Notes: generated by a model not told the origin, from the letters alone. A stretch of 64,000 bases of DNA from Verrucomicrobiota bacterium (GCA_039798785.1 JBDKFG010000014.1:4207-68206), one strand, 5' to 3'. Shown: positions 39,106-49,245, counted from the stretch's first letter. Made by a program: numbers and translations.

Positions 39106-40278
39106 TCACGTGCTGATGAGTGCGGCGATCTGCGCGGCGGCCTTGGGGACATCGACGCTGTCGACTTCGAGGATGACCGTGCCGGGCGTATGGGCATAAC
39201 AACGGTCGTACCAGTTGACCAGGATGTCGGCGCTGAATTCATCATAGCGGCCGGCATCGATGAGTGAAACCCACAAGGCCACCTTGTCAGCCCCGACATG
39301 GCGAGTGAGCAGCGCCACCTTGTCGCGCACGGCGGCGACCTGGATCGGATCGCCATTATGGAAGTATTCGCGGCGGATGCGGGCGACGCGGACCTCGAGT
39401 GAGCCATTGACCAAGATCTGCGGGGCGCTGACCCGCGCCTGCCAGAGAGCAGGAGGGATCTGCAAGGAACCGATCTTGCGCGACTCGCTTTCGCAGAGAT
39501 AGACCGGGAAGCTGCCGTCGCCGCGGCGGAAACGCATCAGCTGCAGAAACAGCGCCTCCTCGAAACGCGCCTGCTTCGGCTCGTGGCGGCCAGGGAAGCG
39601 GACCCGTCCGAAGACGCTCGAGGCATGGGCCGCAGCGGCTTCGAAATCGATCTGCGGGACCGAAGAATGCGTCCGCCGCAATTCTTCGAGAATGGCGGTC
39701 TTGCCGCAGCCGGTGAGGCCGTCGAGACAGAGGAATGACCAGGCTTGTTGGTAGAGCGCGGCATGGACGCGGCGCCGCCAATCCTTCTGGCCGCCGACGA
39801 GCTGACGCACCTCGAGGCCGGCGAGGCGAAGCTGATGGGTGCTGAAGCGCGAGCGTCCGCCGCCGCGCCAGCAGTACAGGGCGACGGGGCGGCCGGCGGC
39901 GAGTTTTGCCGCTTCCGCCAGGAAGCGCTCCTTCTTCTTCTCCCAGAAATAGAGGGCGACCTGGACCGCGAGCTCTTGCGACTGCTGCTTGTAAAGGAGG
40001 CCGACGGCGTGGCGTTCGTCGTTGTCGAGCACCGGCAAGTTGACCGCGTCGGGCAGGCCGTCGAGGGCGAATTCCTTCGGCGATCGGACGTCGAGGAGCA
40101 GAGCCGGCCCGCCGGCTTCGTAGAGGCCGCGGCAAAGTCCGTCCTGGAGCTCCGCCTGGCCGATGTTCGGCACCCGCGGCGCCACTTGATCCAGGGTTTC
40201 TTGCGGCAGGCGCAGATCCTTGAACTCCAGGATGAGCCGCTGCAGTTCCTGGCGCTGGTCCGAAGTGAAGTCTGGCAT
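39106..40278 (-). CDS. selU: tRNA 2-selenouridine synthase (rhodanese + P-loop)
   Basis: Rhodanese region (LLLDVRSPKEF..., catalytic YCWRGGGRS) followed by the P-loop LDGLTGCGKT. 390 aa from ATG 40278. Confidence 0.88.
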   Translation of the reverse strand: MPDFTSDQRQELQRLILEFKDLRLPQETLDQVAPRVPNIGQAELQDGLCRGLYEAGGPALLLDVRSPKEFALDGLPDAVNLPVLDNDERHAVGLLYKQQSQELAVQVALYFWEKKKERFLAEAAKLAAGRPVALYCWRGGGRSRFSTHQLRLAGLEVRQLVGGQKDWRRRVHAALYQQAWSFLCLDGLTGCGKTAILEELRRTHSSVPQIDFEAAAAHASSVFGRVRFPGRHEPKQARFEEALFLQLMRFRRGDGSFPVYLCESESRKIGSLQIPPALWQARVSAPQILVNGSLEVRVARIRREYFHNGDPIQVAAVRDKVALLTRHVGADKVALWVSLIDAGRYDEFSADILVNWYDRCYAHTPGTVILEVDSVDVPKAAAQIAALIST

Positions 40279-40362
40279 GCTGTTCTCGCGAAAGGGGCTG
40301 GGAGTTCTGAACGGCGGCGAATATAGTGCGGGACACGCAAATCCCGAAGCCAGGAGAATTTT

Positions 40363-41406
40363 ATGTCCGAAGCCCGACTCACTTCCCTTTCGCATGGCGG
40401 CGGCTGCGGCTGCAAGATCGCCCCGGCGGTGCTGCAGGAAATTCTCGCCGGCAAGGTCGGAAGCTGCCTGCCTTTGCCGAAGGAACTGCTTGTCGGCATC
40501 GAAACCGCCGATGACGCCGCGGTTTACCAGATCAACGAAACTCAGGCGATCGTCGCCACCACCGACTTCTTCATGCCGATCGTCGACGATCCCTTCGACT
40601 TCGGTCGCATCGCCGCGACCAACGCGATTTCCGACGTCTACGCCATGGGCGGCACGCCGCTCTTCGCCCTCGCCCTCGTCGGCATGCCGGTGGCCAAGCT
40701 TTCGATGGAAACCATCCGCAAGATCCTGGAAGGCGGCGAAAGCGTCTGCACCGCCGCCGGCATTCCGGTCGCCGGAGGCCACACCATCGACTCCTTGGAG
40801 CCGATCTACGGCCTCGTCGCCATCGGCCTGGTCGACCCGCGCAACCTGAAGAAGAACTCCGGCGGCAAGGCCGGCGATTTCCTCGTCCTTGGCAAGCCGC
40901 TCGGTGTCGGCATTCAATCGGCGGCTTTGAAAAAAGGCCTGCTCGACGAAGCCGGTTACGCCTCGATGATCGCCAGCACCACCAAGCTCAACACTCCCGG
41001 CCGCAAACTCGGCGCCATCGTCGGCGTCGGCGGCCTCACCGACATCACCGGTTTCGGCTTGCTTGGTCACCTCCTTGAGATCTGCCGCGGCTCCGGCCTT
41101 GCGGCTGAGATCAAGTGGTCTGCTGTGCCCCTGCTACCAGGTGTGCCCGAGCTGTGCCAAGCTGGTTGCGTCACCGGCGCCTCGGCCCGCAACTGGACCA
41201 GCTACGGCACCGATGTGCGCCTGCCGCAAGATTTCCCGGAATGGCAGAAGCAGATCCTCTGCGACCCCCAGACCTCCGGCGGCCTCCTGGTGAGCTGCTC
41301 CGCCGAATCTCTGGCTGAGGTTGAAGCGCTGTTCCGCGCCGAAGGCTTTGCCCCGGCGGTGATTGGGAAGCTGGTTGAGGGAAAGGCGGAAGTGCGGGTG
41401 GGGTGA
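40363..41406 (+). CDS. selD: selenide, water dikinase (selenophosphate synthetase), Cys-type
   Basis: SHGGGCGCKIAP N-terminal loop (TGC codons, no in-frame TGA). DDAAV, TTDFF, AATNAISDVYAMGG motifs. AGGAGA RBS. Confidence 0.93.
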   Translation: MSEARLTSLSHGGGCGCKIAPAVLQEILAGKVGSCLPLPKELLVGIETADDAAVYQINETQAIVATTDFFMPIVDDPFDFGRIAATNAISDVYAMGGTPLFALALVGMPVAKLSMETIRKILEGGESVCTAAGIPVAGGHTIDSLEPIYGLVAIGLVDPRNLKKNSGGKAGDFLVLGKPLGVGIQSAALKKGLLDEAGYASMIASTTKLNTPGRKLGAIVGVGGLTDITGFGLLGHLLEICRGSGLAAEIKWSAVPLLPGVPELCQAGCVTGASARNWTSYGTDVRLPQDFPEWQKQILCDPQTSGGLLVSCSAESLAEVEALFRAEGFAPAVIGKLVEGKAEVRVG

Positions 41407-41807
41407 TGGAATCTGACGAAGAAACTATGCTTTGGGAATGTCAGTGGTGCGGCCTGCACACCCAAGTTCCCAAGAGAAGCATTGTTCATTACAATTGCTC
41501 AGGGTGCAATCGAGAGAGTGGTGGATTGGTTGATTTCGTCCATGAATTTCATTATGATCCAGAGGACATCGTTGAAGTGGTAGTCAAAATCACGCTCGGA
41601 CAACAGAAAAAGCCTCTTGTGGCAGCGGGAGTTATTCGCAAAATTTTCTCCGAGTTTTCTCAGGTCAGTATCGCCTCTATTGCCGTTCAACTTGAAAACG
41701 AGGGCGAGATCCAATCAAGGCCCAGGATGCAATCTCTTGCCAAGGAGCTACAACGCTTGTGTAGTGAAAATGGCCTGAATGCTGTGATTGAGAGAAATAG
41801 TCATTGA
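41406..41807 (+). CDS. hypothetical zinc-ribbon protein (low-GC gene)
   Basis: ATG 41406 overlaps the selD stop (TGATG). CQWC...CSGC pairs near the N-terminus. Clearly AT-richer than the flanks. Confidence 0.55.
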   Translation: MESDEETMLWECQWCGLHTQVPKRSIVHYNCSGCNRESGGLVDFVHEFHYDPEDIVEVVVKITLGQQKKPLVAAGVIRKIFSEFSQVSIASIAVQLENEGEIQSRPRMQSLAKELQRLCSENGLNAVIERNSH

Positions 41808-41853
41808 AACCAGAAACCAGAATCAAATGAACTGACTCAACCAGAGGCAATCA

Positions 41854-42405
41854 ATGATCACCAATCGCTCATTCTTGGTCTTCCCCGGGATTCCGCTCAT
41901 CCTCTTGCCTTGGGTCCTAGCCTGGTTGCTTCGGCAGATTGCACCTGAACTGCCGGTCTGGGGCAGTCCTTGGACTTACTACATGATGATGGCGATCTTC
42001 GTCGTAGCTGCGGTTTTTTGCGGTTATTCCGATGAAGTTGAGCGCCGTTTTCGCTTCCCGGCTGCGACCATCACTCATTCGGTCTGGGGGGCTTTGTCTC
42101 GTTCTCGCGGCAAGGAGTATTGGTGTGGAGAACGTCATCATCCTGAGCTTGGATCGATGAGATTCACTTTTAGGGGGGCAGCGGAGCCTAAGGACGCGCA
42201 GTTTGCCAGCTTGAATGACGCATGGGAGAAACTTACGGAAGTCGATGGCCGAGTGAAAGCTCACCCCGAGTATCGCGGCGAGAAGCTTCTTGGGCTGTAT
42301 GTGAGTCTGGAGTCCTGGTCACCGGATTACGACTTGGGATTGACCGTGAATTTCGAAGAGGACGGGAGTCTGGGCTTGTTCCGCTTTCATGAGTATTTGT
42401 CCTAG
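41854..42405 (+). CDS. hypothetical membrane protein, two N-terminal TM helices (low-GC gene)
   Basis: ORF with LILLPWVLAWLL and YYMMMAIFVVAAVFCGY hydrophobic segments. Same AT-richer composition as the preceding gene. Confidence 0.5.
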   Translation: MITNRSFLVFPGIPLILLPWVLAWLLRQIAPELPVWGSPWTYYMMMAIFVVAAVFCGYSDEVERRFRFPAATITHSVWGALSRSRGKEYWCGERHHPELGSMRFTFRGAAEPKDAQFASLNDAWEKLTEVDGRVKAHPEYRGEKLLGLYVSLESWSPDYDLGLTVNFEEDGSLGLFRFHEYLS

Positions 42406-42536
42406 GCAGGCTGGATCACATGTTCACCAAGCGCTCACTCCTCGTTCCCCTGTCGCCCCTGTCGAGGACGTCTGTTTGACATTCTCGCCCGGCAGAGGAA
42501 ACTGCAGGAAGAAGATCCACCAACCCCAAGTCCATC

Positions 42537-43643
42537 ATGCCCTTCTCTGAATTCCCTCTTGATCCCAAGCTGCTGACGACGATTGCGGCTGCGGGCTTCA
42601 GCGAACCTCGACCGGTGCAGGCTGCGGCGATACCGCCGATCCTGGCGGGAAGCGACCTGCTGGTGGCGGCCAAGACCGGGTCAGGGAAGACCGCGGCATT
42701 CGTCCTGCCGATGCTGCAAAGGCTGATCAAAGCTCCTCGCAGCCAGCTCCTCATCCTGGTGCCGACCCGTGAACTGGCGGCGCAGGTGAGCGAAGTCTGC
42801 CTGAAGCTGCGCGGGAGCAAGCTGCCCGCGCTGCGTTTCGCCCGACTGGTCGGCGGTGAATCGGCGAACACCCAGGCGGTGCAGCTCAAGGCCGGACCGA
42901 AGATCGTCGTCGCGACTCCCGGGCGTCTGCTCGATCACGTGCGCGAGGGCCAGCTGGACCTGAAGAAGTTCGACCATCTCGTTCTCGACGAAGCGGACCG
43001 GATGCTTGAGCTGGGCTTTCGCGATCAGCTCGAGGCGATCCGCGGCGGCTTCGCGGCCAAGCCGCAGACGGTCTTTCTCTCCGCCACCCTGCCGAAGCAG
43101 ATCGAGGCGATGGCGAAGGTCTGGCTGAAGTCGCCTTTGCGCCTGGATCTGGACGAGCCGGAATCGGCAGCGCCGGAGATCGCGCAGGAATTCATCGTCT
43201 GCGGCCGCAAGGAGCGCGGCGACCTGGTGACGAAAGCCTTGCTGGCCGAAGCCGGCCAGGCCCTGGTCTTCGTCCGCACCCGCAACAACTGCGAGATCGT
43301 CGCCGAACGGCTGAACAAAGGCGGCCTGGCGGTGCGTGCGATCCACGGCGAGATGTTCCAGAAAGACCGCAATAAGGCACTGGCGGAGTTCCGCAGCGGC
43401 AAGTGCCGGATCCTCGTCGCCACCGCCTTGGCGGCGCGAGGCCTCGACATTCCCGGCGTCGCCTTGGTGTGCAATTACGACCTGCCGGAGCAGCCGCAGG
43501 ACTACATCCACCAGATCGGCCGCACCGGACGCTCCGGGCGCTCCGGCCGGGCGATGAGCTTCTACGATCCGGAAGACGCCGAAGAAGGTCCCCGCCACGC
43601 CGCGATCGCGGCGATGCTGGAGAAAGGACGCCGGCCGGACTGA
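42537..43643 (+). CDS. DEAD-box ATP-dependent RNA helicase (minimal core)
   Basis: Q-motif region (F..PRPVQ), AKTGSGKT, PTRELA, DEAD (VLDEADRM), SAT, HRIGRTGR-like QIGRTGRSG. Confidence 0.92.
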   Translation: MPFSEFPLDPKLLTTIAAAGFSEPRPVQAAAIPPILAGSDLLVAAKTGSGKTAAFVLPMLQRLIKAPRSQLLILVPTRELAAQVSEVCLKLRGSKLPALRFARLVGGESANTQAVQLKAGPKIVVATPGRLLDHVREGQLDLKKFDHLVLDEADRMLELGFRDQLEAIRGGFAAKPQTVFLSATLPKQIEAMAKVWLKSPLRLDLDEPESAAPEIAQEFIVCGRKERGDLVTKALLAEAGQALVFVRTRNNCEIVAERLNKGGLAVRAIHGEMFQKDRNKALAEFRSGKCRILVATALAARGLDIPGVALVCNYDLPEQPQDYIHQIGRTGRSGRSGRAMSFYDPEDAEEGPRHAAIAAMLEKGRRPD

Positions 43644-43648
43644 TCCGC

Positions 43649-45145
43649 TCAGCGCGCCTTCTCCGCCCAGTCCAGCGCTTGGCGGAGCTCGTCGCGGCCG
43701 CGGCAATCGGGCAAGGCGTCGAGGCGGCGGCGGACTTCCGCGGCGCTGAAGCAGCCTTCGCGGCGGCCGCGCAGATATTCGGCAAAAGCGGCGGCGGCGA
43801 TCGCCAATTCAAAGGCACGGTCGGGACAGCTCCGCCTGGCGTCGAGCGGGAAGGATTCCTGGCGCAGCCGGGATTCGCCGGCGGCCTTCCAGCCGAGGCG
43901 GATGTTGAGGATTTCGTCGCGAAGCTCCTCCCTGACGTCCAGGGAACGCGACTCGGCCGTTTCAAGGTCGCTGGGCAGGCGCTTTGCGCCGGGAGCCGCG
44001 CCGCTGGCCAGCTCCAGCTCATAAAGTGCCGTCACCTCTTCTCCGGCGGCGAGGTCTCCGGCGTCCTTGCCGGCATCGTCGAAATCGCCGTCGCGCATCT
44101 GCCGGTCGGAGTAGCCTACCAGTCGCCAGGAGCGGACTCGCTCCGGATTGAACTCGACCTGGAGGCGGACGTCATCGGCGACCGGAATGAGCGAGCCGCC
44201 GGCCATTTTCAAGGCCAGGCGCGCCGCTTCGTCGCTGCGGTCGAGGTGGAAGTAGGAGCCGTTGCCCGCGCCGGCGACCTTCTCCATCATCGCATCGTTG
44301 AGATTGCCGGAGCCGACGCCGAGGACGCTGAGGTAGATGCCCTCTCCTCGTTCGCGGCCGATCAGTCTGAGGAGCTCCTGATCGCTGCTCGGGCCGACAT
44401 TGAAGTCGCCGTCGGTGGCGATGACGACGCGGCGGGCTTCGTTGCTGCGGCTTTCGCGGCGGGCCAGGTCGTAGGCCTGCTGCAGGGCGGCGGCGCCGGC
44501 GGTCGAGCCTCGGGCCCGGAGGGACTCGAGGCGGGAGACGAGTTCGCGGCGGCCGCGCGGGTCGCAGGGAACGGCGCGGCAGAGCTCCTCGACTCCGTCG
44601 CTGTAGGTGAGCAGGCTGATCCGGCTTTCCGGGCCGAGCCGCTCGACCAGTTCGCGGGTGCAGCGCTTGACCAGTTCGAGGCGCTCGCCGGCCATGCTGC
44701 CGGAGACGTCGACGAGGAGGACCAGATGCCTGGGCGCCGCGGCTTCGGCCTCGCTCGCCTTGAGATGGATCCGAAGCAGCGAGGTGCGGCGGTCCCAGGG
44801 GCAATCGACCAGCTGGTGATCGAGGGCGACGCCTTGCGCCGGCGCGGCGTAGTCGTAGCGGAAGTAATTGATGAACTCCTCGCTTCGCACCGCGTCCGGC
44901 GGCGGCAGGCGTCCGGCTTCGAGGAGGCGGCGGCAGTAGGTGAAGGAGGCGCTGTCGACATCGACCGAGAAGGTGCTCGTCCGGACCTGGCTGGCGGCCT
45001 GGAAACGGCTGTCATCGAGGGCGAGATGGCGGTCGCCGCTTTTCACCGAGGCGATGCAGCGCAGTTCCGCGCTGCGCTGGGCGCTATGCTGGCCGCAGGA
45101 GGCGACGGAGAGGACTAGGGCGAGGCAGGGAGGGAGGATCTTCAT
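43649..45145 (-). CDS. vWA-domain lipoprotein (YfbK-like, vWA + DUF3520-type C-terminus)
   Basis: Lipobox LSVASCG. MIDAS DVSGSM...STAG...TDG. N-terminal FSVDVDSASF..EEFINYF pattern. Confidence 0.8.
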   Translation of the reverse strand: MKILPPCLALVLSVASCGQHSAQRSAELRCIASVKSGDRHLALDDSRFQAASQVRTSTFSVDVDSASFTYCRRLLEAGRLPPPDAVRSEEFINYFRYDYAAPAQGVALDHQLVDCPWDRRTSLLRIHLKASEAEAAAPRHLVLLVDVSGSMAGERLELVKRCTRELVERLGPESRISLLTYSDGVEELCRAVPCDPRGRRELVSRLESLRARGSTAGAAALQQAYDLARRESRSNEARRVVIATDGDFNVGPSSDQELLRLIGRERGEGIYLSVLGVGSGNLNDAMMEKVAGAGNGSYFHLDRSDEAARLALKMAGGSLIPVADDVRLQVEFNPERVRSWRLVGYSDRQMRDGDFDDAGKDAGDLAAGEEVTALYELELASGAAPGAKRLPSDLETAESRSLDVREELRDEILNIRLGWKAAGESRLRQESFPLDARRSCPDRAFELAIAAAAFAEYLRGRREGCFSAAEVRRRLDALPDCRGRDELRQALDWAEKAR

Positions 45146-45256
45146 GGGTCGTGTTCCTAGGTTGCTTGTCGGGGGCTTCCCTGTCTGAATCGCCCCGAAA
45201 GCCCGGAAGGTTCAGCGGACCGAAGAAATTCCCGTAAATTCCGCGACAGGACGCGA

Positions 45257-47947
45257 TCAATCCCCGCCGATCCACAGCTTCTCGCAGGCATCGGCCATGC
45301 GCTCCACCGAGAAGAGCTCCTGGATGCGTCCGCGCCCCTGAACGCCGAGGCGACGGCGCAGGCCGGCATCGCGGGCGAGGCGAAGCAGCGAGGCCGCCAG
45401 GGCGGCGGCATCGCCAGGGGGGCTGAGAAGCGCATCGAGCCCATCGCGGATCATTTCCGGATCCCCCGCAATCGCGACCGGCAGTCCGGCCGCCATCGCC
45501 TCCTGAAAGGCTTCGACCTCACCTTCCGACTCCTCCTCTCCGGCGACAGCGACGAACAGATCGAGGCCGGTGTGGAAGGCAGCGAGGTCACAGACTTCGC
45601 CAAGCCAGACGACGGGCAGAGACGCCTCGGCGGCGAGCCGCAGCAAGGCCGAGGCCTCCGGCTCGAGACAGCCGCCCGCCAGGCGCAGCTCGAAGGGAGG
45701 CAGCTGCTCCTTCGCCAGGGCCAGAGCGGCAAAGCATGCCGCGAGGCGACGCTGCGGCTGGCGACGCAAAGAGGCACCGATGACGAGGATCGGCGGCGCC
45801 TCGCGAAGGACGGCAGGCCGCAGGGGCAAAGGTATGCCATGAGGGATGATCCGCGCCTCAATGCCGAAGCTCCGGCGCGCCTCGGATGCGGCGCGGCGCT
45901 CGCTGCAGACGATGCCGCTGAGTCGCCGGGCGTAGTCTTGCGGCGTGCGCAAGCTATGGCCGGAGCGGGGCTGCTCGAACTCGCGGAGGAGCGGGCCGAG
46001 GGCGGCGCTTCCGGAGCAGAAATCCCAGACCGGGCAGCGCAGCAGGACATCGGCAAGAAGGCATTTGGCGGCGGCGAGGGCATCCCAGAAGACCAGCGCC
46101 TGGGGCGGCCGCTGCCGCAGTTCCGACAGGAGCGGGGCGAGGGCTTCGTGCAGCTCCTGCTCCCTGAGATCGAGATTTTCGACCTCCGAGCCTCCTGCCC
46201 GGAGCTGCAAAGTGCCCGGGCTGGGGAATTCCGGCGTCTCCTGAAGAGTGAAGAGACGGAGCCGGCGGCCTCGCGTAGCGAATTGCCGCACGAGGCGGCG
46301 GAGCGAGGCCTGGCCGTCGCCGGCGAAGCTGTCGGTGACGATGAAGATCCCCTCCCCCCGGCTGCCCTCCTCGGCGAGGATCTGACGGAACAAGAGATCA
46401 TGGCGCAGGCCCATGGTGCTGGCGGTGAAAGGCTGCAGCAGGGAGCTTGGGCAGCTGGGACGTCCGAGGACGGCGCCGCGCAAGCCCTTGGCGAAGGCGT
46501 CGAGGAACTCGTCCTCTGCGGCGGGGGAATCGGGCAGGGGAAGGAAGCGGAGGGCCGCGGTCGCGGGGAGATCCTCCTCGCCGCCGCAGGCGCTGGCGAC
46601 CACCGGGCGCCCGGCGAAGAGCGCCTCGAGCTGGGCCAGGCTGAGGCCTTCGTGATCGCTGCACGAGACCAGGGCGTCGGCGGCGTGAAGCCATTCCGGC
46701 ACCTGTTCCGGGGTCAGCGACCCCGGCAGGTGCAGCCGTGCGGCGAGACCGCAGCGGCGGGCCGCTTCTTTCAGCGCCTCGGTGCAGACCTGGGCTTCAG
46801 GAAGGCGTTCGTTCGCCTCGCCGGCGACGGCGATGTGGACGGCGATGCCGGTGCCGAGCAGGGCTTCAAGGCGGCTGGCGATCTCCGGCAGGCGTTCGAG
46901 GCGTTTCTGAGGCTGGGGATTGGCGAGGGCGAGCAGCAGGATGTCGCGCTGATGCAAGCCGAGGTCGGCACGAAGCGCCGCGGCGTGGTTGGCGAGGGTA
47001 GGGTTGAGGCGCAGAGGCTGCGGCCGGACTCCGTTCCAGACGCAGCGCCAAGGCAGCGGCGCAGGGCAGGCGTCGATCTCGGCGCCGATCTGGCGCGAAC
47101 AGGCGATGGCCAAGCGCAAGATGCCGGGCTCGAGGCTGTCGAGGCCTGCCGGCCAGGCGCGGCGCCGCTTGTGGAGGGTGCTGACCACGGGGATGCCGCT
47201 GGCGGCGAGCTGACGCAGTTCGGCGGCGTCGAGAAGGTGTGCATGCACCAGGTCGGCGCCTCGAACCAATGCGGTCTCCAGTCCGCGGGCGAGGGCAGGA
47301 CCGCGGCCGAGCGAAGCGAGATCGAGCAGGCCGGGAGGGCGGGGGAACTCCAGCAGTCCGGGTCGTCCGATGGCTACCAGGCGGGAGCTCCACCCCAGGG
47401 AGGCGAGCTCCTGATGGAGCTCCAGGGTGATGCGCTCCGCGCCGCCCTGCTGCAGGCTGGTGATCAGCTGGATCAGACGCGGCTGGAGCGACAGGCAGGC
47501 ATCAAGACGGGAGCTGTGCAGCCAGCGCCATTTCCCCGGCGGCCGGCGCAGCCAGGAGGGGCCACCGCCGCCTTCCTGCCACTCCTTCACCGCCGCCGGC
47601 GACAGCCAGTGCACCGGGGCTTCCGGCGCGTCGACGCCCTCCTCGAGCCGGGCCAGGTCGCCGCCGCAGAAGCGGAAGCAGTCCTCCCATTCAGGCTGCA
47701 ACGCGCCCTGCTCGTCGCAATTGGCGCCGCATAGCAGAAGAGCCTTGTCGCTGATCTCCTGCCAGGGGCGCCAGGATTGCCTGAGCAGGGCCCCGGCGCT
47801 GAGGATCAGCACGGCCTCGCCGGGCGGCACCGCAAGCATCGCCTGGCTCAAATCCGCGCAGATACGCGGCGCCTCCAGCCCGAGAAAGCGGACCTGGCGG
47901 CGCGTCCGCTCGGCCAGAAAGCCGCTGCCGTGGATGAGTGTGAACAT
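45257..47947 (-). CDS. large glycosyltransferase with two GT4/GT1-type modules plus a ~160-aa unassigned N-terminal domain
   Basis: Two copies of the GT4 C-terminal signature (SDHEGLSLAQLEALFAGRPVVASACGG and ..GEVEAFQEAMAAGLPVAIAG). GGAERI-type N-terminal Rossmann motif. Confidence 0.75.
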   Translation of the reverse strand: MFTLIHGSGFLAERTRRQVRFLGLEAPRICADLSQAMLAVPPGEAVLILSAGALLRQSWRPWQEISDKALLLCGANCDEQGALQPEWEDCFRFCGGDLARLEEGVDAPEAPVHWLSPAAVKEWQEGGGGPSWLRRPPGKWRWLHSSRLDACLSLQPRLIQLITSLQQGGAERITLELHQELASLGWSSRLVAIGRPGLLEFPRPPGLLDLASLGRGPALARGLETALVRGADLVHAHLLDAAELRQLAASGIPVVSTLHKRRRAWPAGLDSLEPGILRLAIACSRQIGAEIDACPAPLPWRCVWNGVRPQPLRLNPTLANHAAALRADLGLHQRDILLLALANPQPQKRLERLPEIASRLEALLGTGIAVHIAVAGEANERLPEAQVCTEALKEAARRCGLAARLHLPGSLTPEQVPEWLHAADALVSCSDHEGLSLAQLEALFAGRPVVASACGGEEDLPATAALRFLPLPDSPAAEDEFLDAFAKGLRGAVLGRPSCPSSLLQPFTASTMGLRHDLLFRQILAEEGSRGEGIFIVTDSFAGDGQASLRRLVRQFATRGRRLRLFTLQETPEFPSPGTLQLRAGGSEVENLDLREQELHEALAPLLSELRQRPPQALVFWDALAAAKCLLADVLLRCPVWDFCSGSAALGPLLREFEQPRSGHSLRTPQDYARRLSGIVCSERRAASEARRSFGIEARIIPHGIPLPLRPAVLREAPPILVIGASLRRQPQRRLAACFAALALAKEQLPPFELRLAGGCLEPEASALLRLAAEASLPVVWLGEVCDLAAFHTGLDLFVAVAGEEESEGEVEAFQEAMAAGLPVAIAGDPEMIRDGLDALLSPPGDAAALAASLLRLARDAGLRRRLGVQGRGRIQELFSVERMADACEKLWIGGD

Positions 47948-48078
47948 GGATCGGACCGGGGTTGCTCCTCCAGAGCTTAGCGCCGCATCAGGGGCCGCAC
48001 TAGAGGCGGGAGGAGAGGAAACGGGAAGAAATTACGGCGCATGGCTCCGGCTGTGCTGAGGTAGACGCAGCTTCCCTG

Positions 48079-49131
48079 TCAGACCGCTTCGCCGGGGAGA
48101 ACCATGCCCTGCTCGCGGAGATAGGCGGGGAGCTTGACCAGCACCTTTTCGACGTCCGGATAATGGCGCATGCCGATGATCTTGGCGGCGCTGTCATTGA
48201 AGAGGTCGGGCTCTTCCCGGAGGTCGCAGAGCCCCAGGACCTTGCCGGAGTTCCGGGCGCAACGGACCAGTGCGGTGAGGCGCCGGTGGTTCTGCGGCGG
48301 ATCCTGGGCGAGGAAGCTGTTGATGTCCATGTGGTACTCAATGGCGGAGGCGAGGTCGGCATCGAGATCCCAGAAATGGGCGACCAGCCCGCCGGCTCGC
48401 GATTCGAAGCGCGGAACGATGTCGCGGAAGAGACCGGCCGAGAAGGGGATGTCGAGCTTGCCGGGAAGAGCATAGTGGAGAGCGATCTGACGGAGCAGGG
48501 CGAGGGCGCCGACGTTGTGCAGGAGACCGGCCATGTAGGCGCGATTGTCGTCACCGTAGAAACGCTGCGACAGGAAACGGCAGATGCGGGCGACGGCATG
48601 AGACTCCTCGATGTAGTCGCTGGCGACCTTGGCAAAGAGCGGATGATCCGGTATGGCGGAACGCGCGGTGTTGAGAAAAAGGATGCCTTGGATGACTTCC
48701 TTGCCGAGGCGCGGCAGGGCCGCATTGAGGTTGGTGATCTTGATGCCGCGGGAAAAGCTGGCGGAGTTGGCAGCGGAGAGGAAGGAGCCGGCGAGCGAAG
48801 GGGAGTCCTGCACCAGCTCGGCGATCTCGCGCAAGTCATAGTCGTCGCCGGAGTTCAGGATATTGTTGATATGAAGCACGTTACCAGGAAGCTCCATGAT
48901 TTCGAAACGGTTTTCCTTGAGAGAGAGTTCAAGCTCTTCGATCAGGACAGTGTTGGTCACGGGCTCGAATTCGGCGCCGCTGACATGAGCGTTCGGGAGA
49001 GAATTCTCCCACCACAGGCCGATGTTGGGCTGGGTTTCCTGGCGGAAAGGCGCCCGGGATTGCTGCTTGACCACGGGGGGACTCTTGGGTTCAAGACCGA
49101 ATAATGATCGGAGGTAGTCAAGCAAAGACAT
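48079..49131 (-). CDS. HDOD-domain signalling protein
   Basis: HDOD pattern (..IAELVQDSPSLAGSFLSAANSASF.....ITNLNAALPRLG, HAVARICRFL, GLLHNVGALAL). Confidence 0.8.
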   Translation of the reverse strand: MSLLDYLRSLFGLEPKSPPVVKQQSRAPFRQETQPNIGLWWENSLPNAHVSGAEFEPVTNTVLIEELELSLKENRFEIMELPGNVLHINNILNSGDDYDLREIAELVQDSPSLAGSFLSAANSASFSRGIKITNLNAALPRLGKEVIQGILFLNTARSAIPDHPLFAKVASDYIEESHAVARICRFLSQRFYGDDNRAYMAGLLHNVGALALLRQIALHYALPGKLDIPFSAGLFRDIVPRFESRAGGLVAHFWDLDADLASAIEYHMDINSFLAQDPPQNHRRLTALVRCARNSGKVLGLCDLREEPDLFNDSAAKIIGMRHYPDVEKVLVKLPAYLREQGMVLPGEAV

Positions 49132-49245
49132 AGGAGTCTCCTCGGGGATTGAGCCATTGTATCATCTTTTTCCCGCAAATAGCAAGAAAAAATCTGGATT
49201 TCAGCGAAGAAGCTGTGTAGACTGGAATCATCCCGGAGACAGTCC

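Noticed and set aside
36935-39199. 754-aa plus-strand ORF
   Set aside because: It is antisense to phnE, phnC and phnD, which all carry clear family motifs. The composition is a high-GC antisense artefact.
40363-41406. Possible selenocysteine (in-frame TGA) in SelD
   Set aside because: The active-site loop is encoded by TGC GGC TGC (Cys-Gly-Cys), and there is no in-frame TGA.
43403-47734. Long plus-strand ORFs 43403..45118 and 45572..47734
   Set aside because: They are antisense to the vWA lipoprotein and the glycosyltransferase. The translations are low-complexity and have no motifs.
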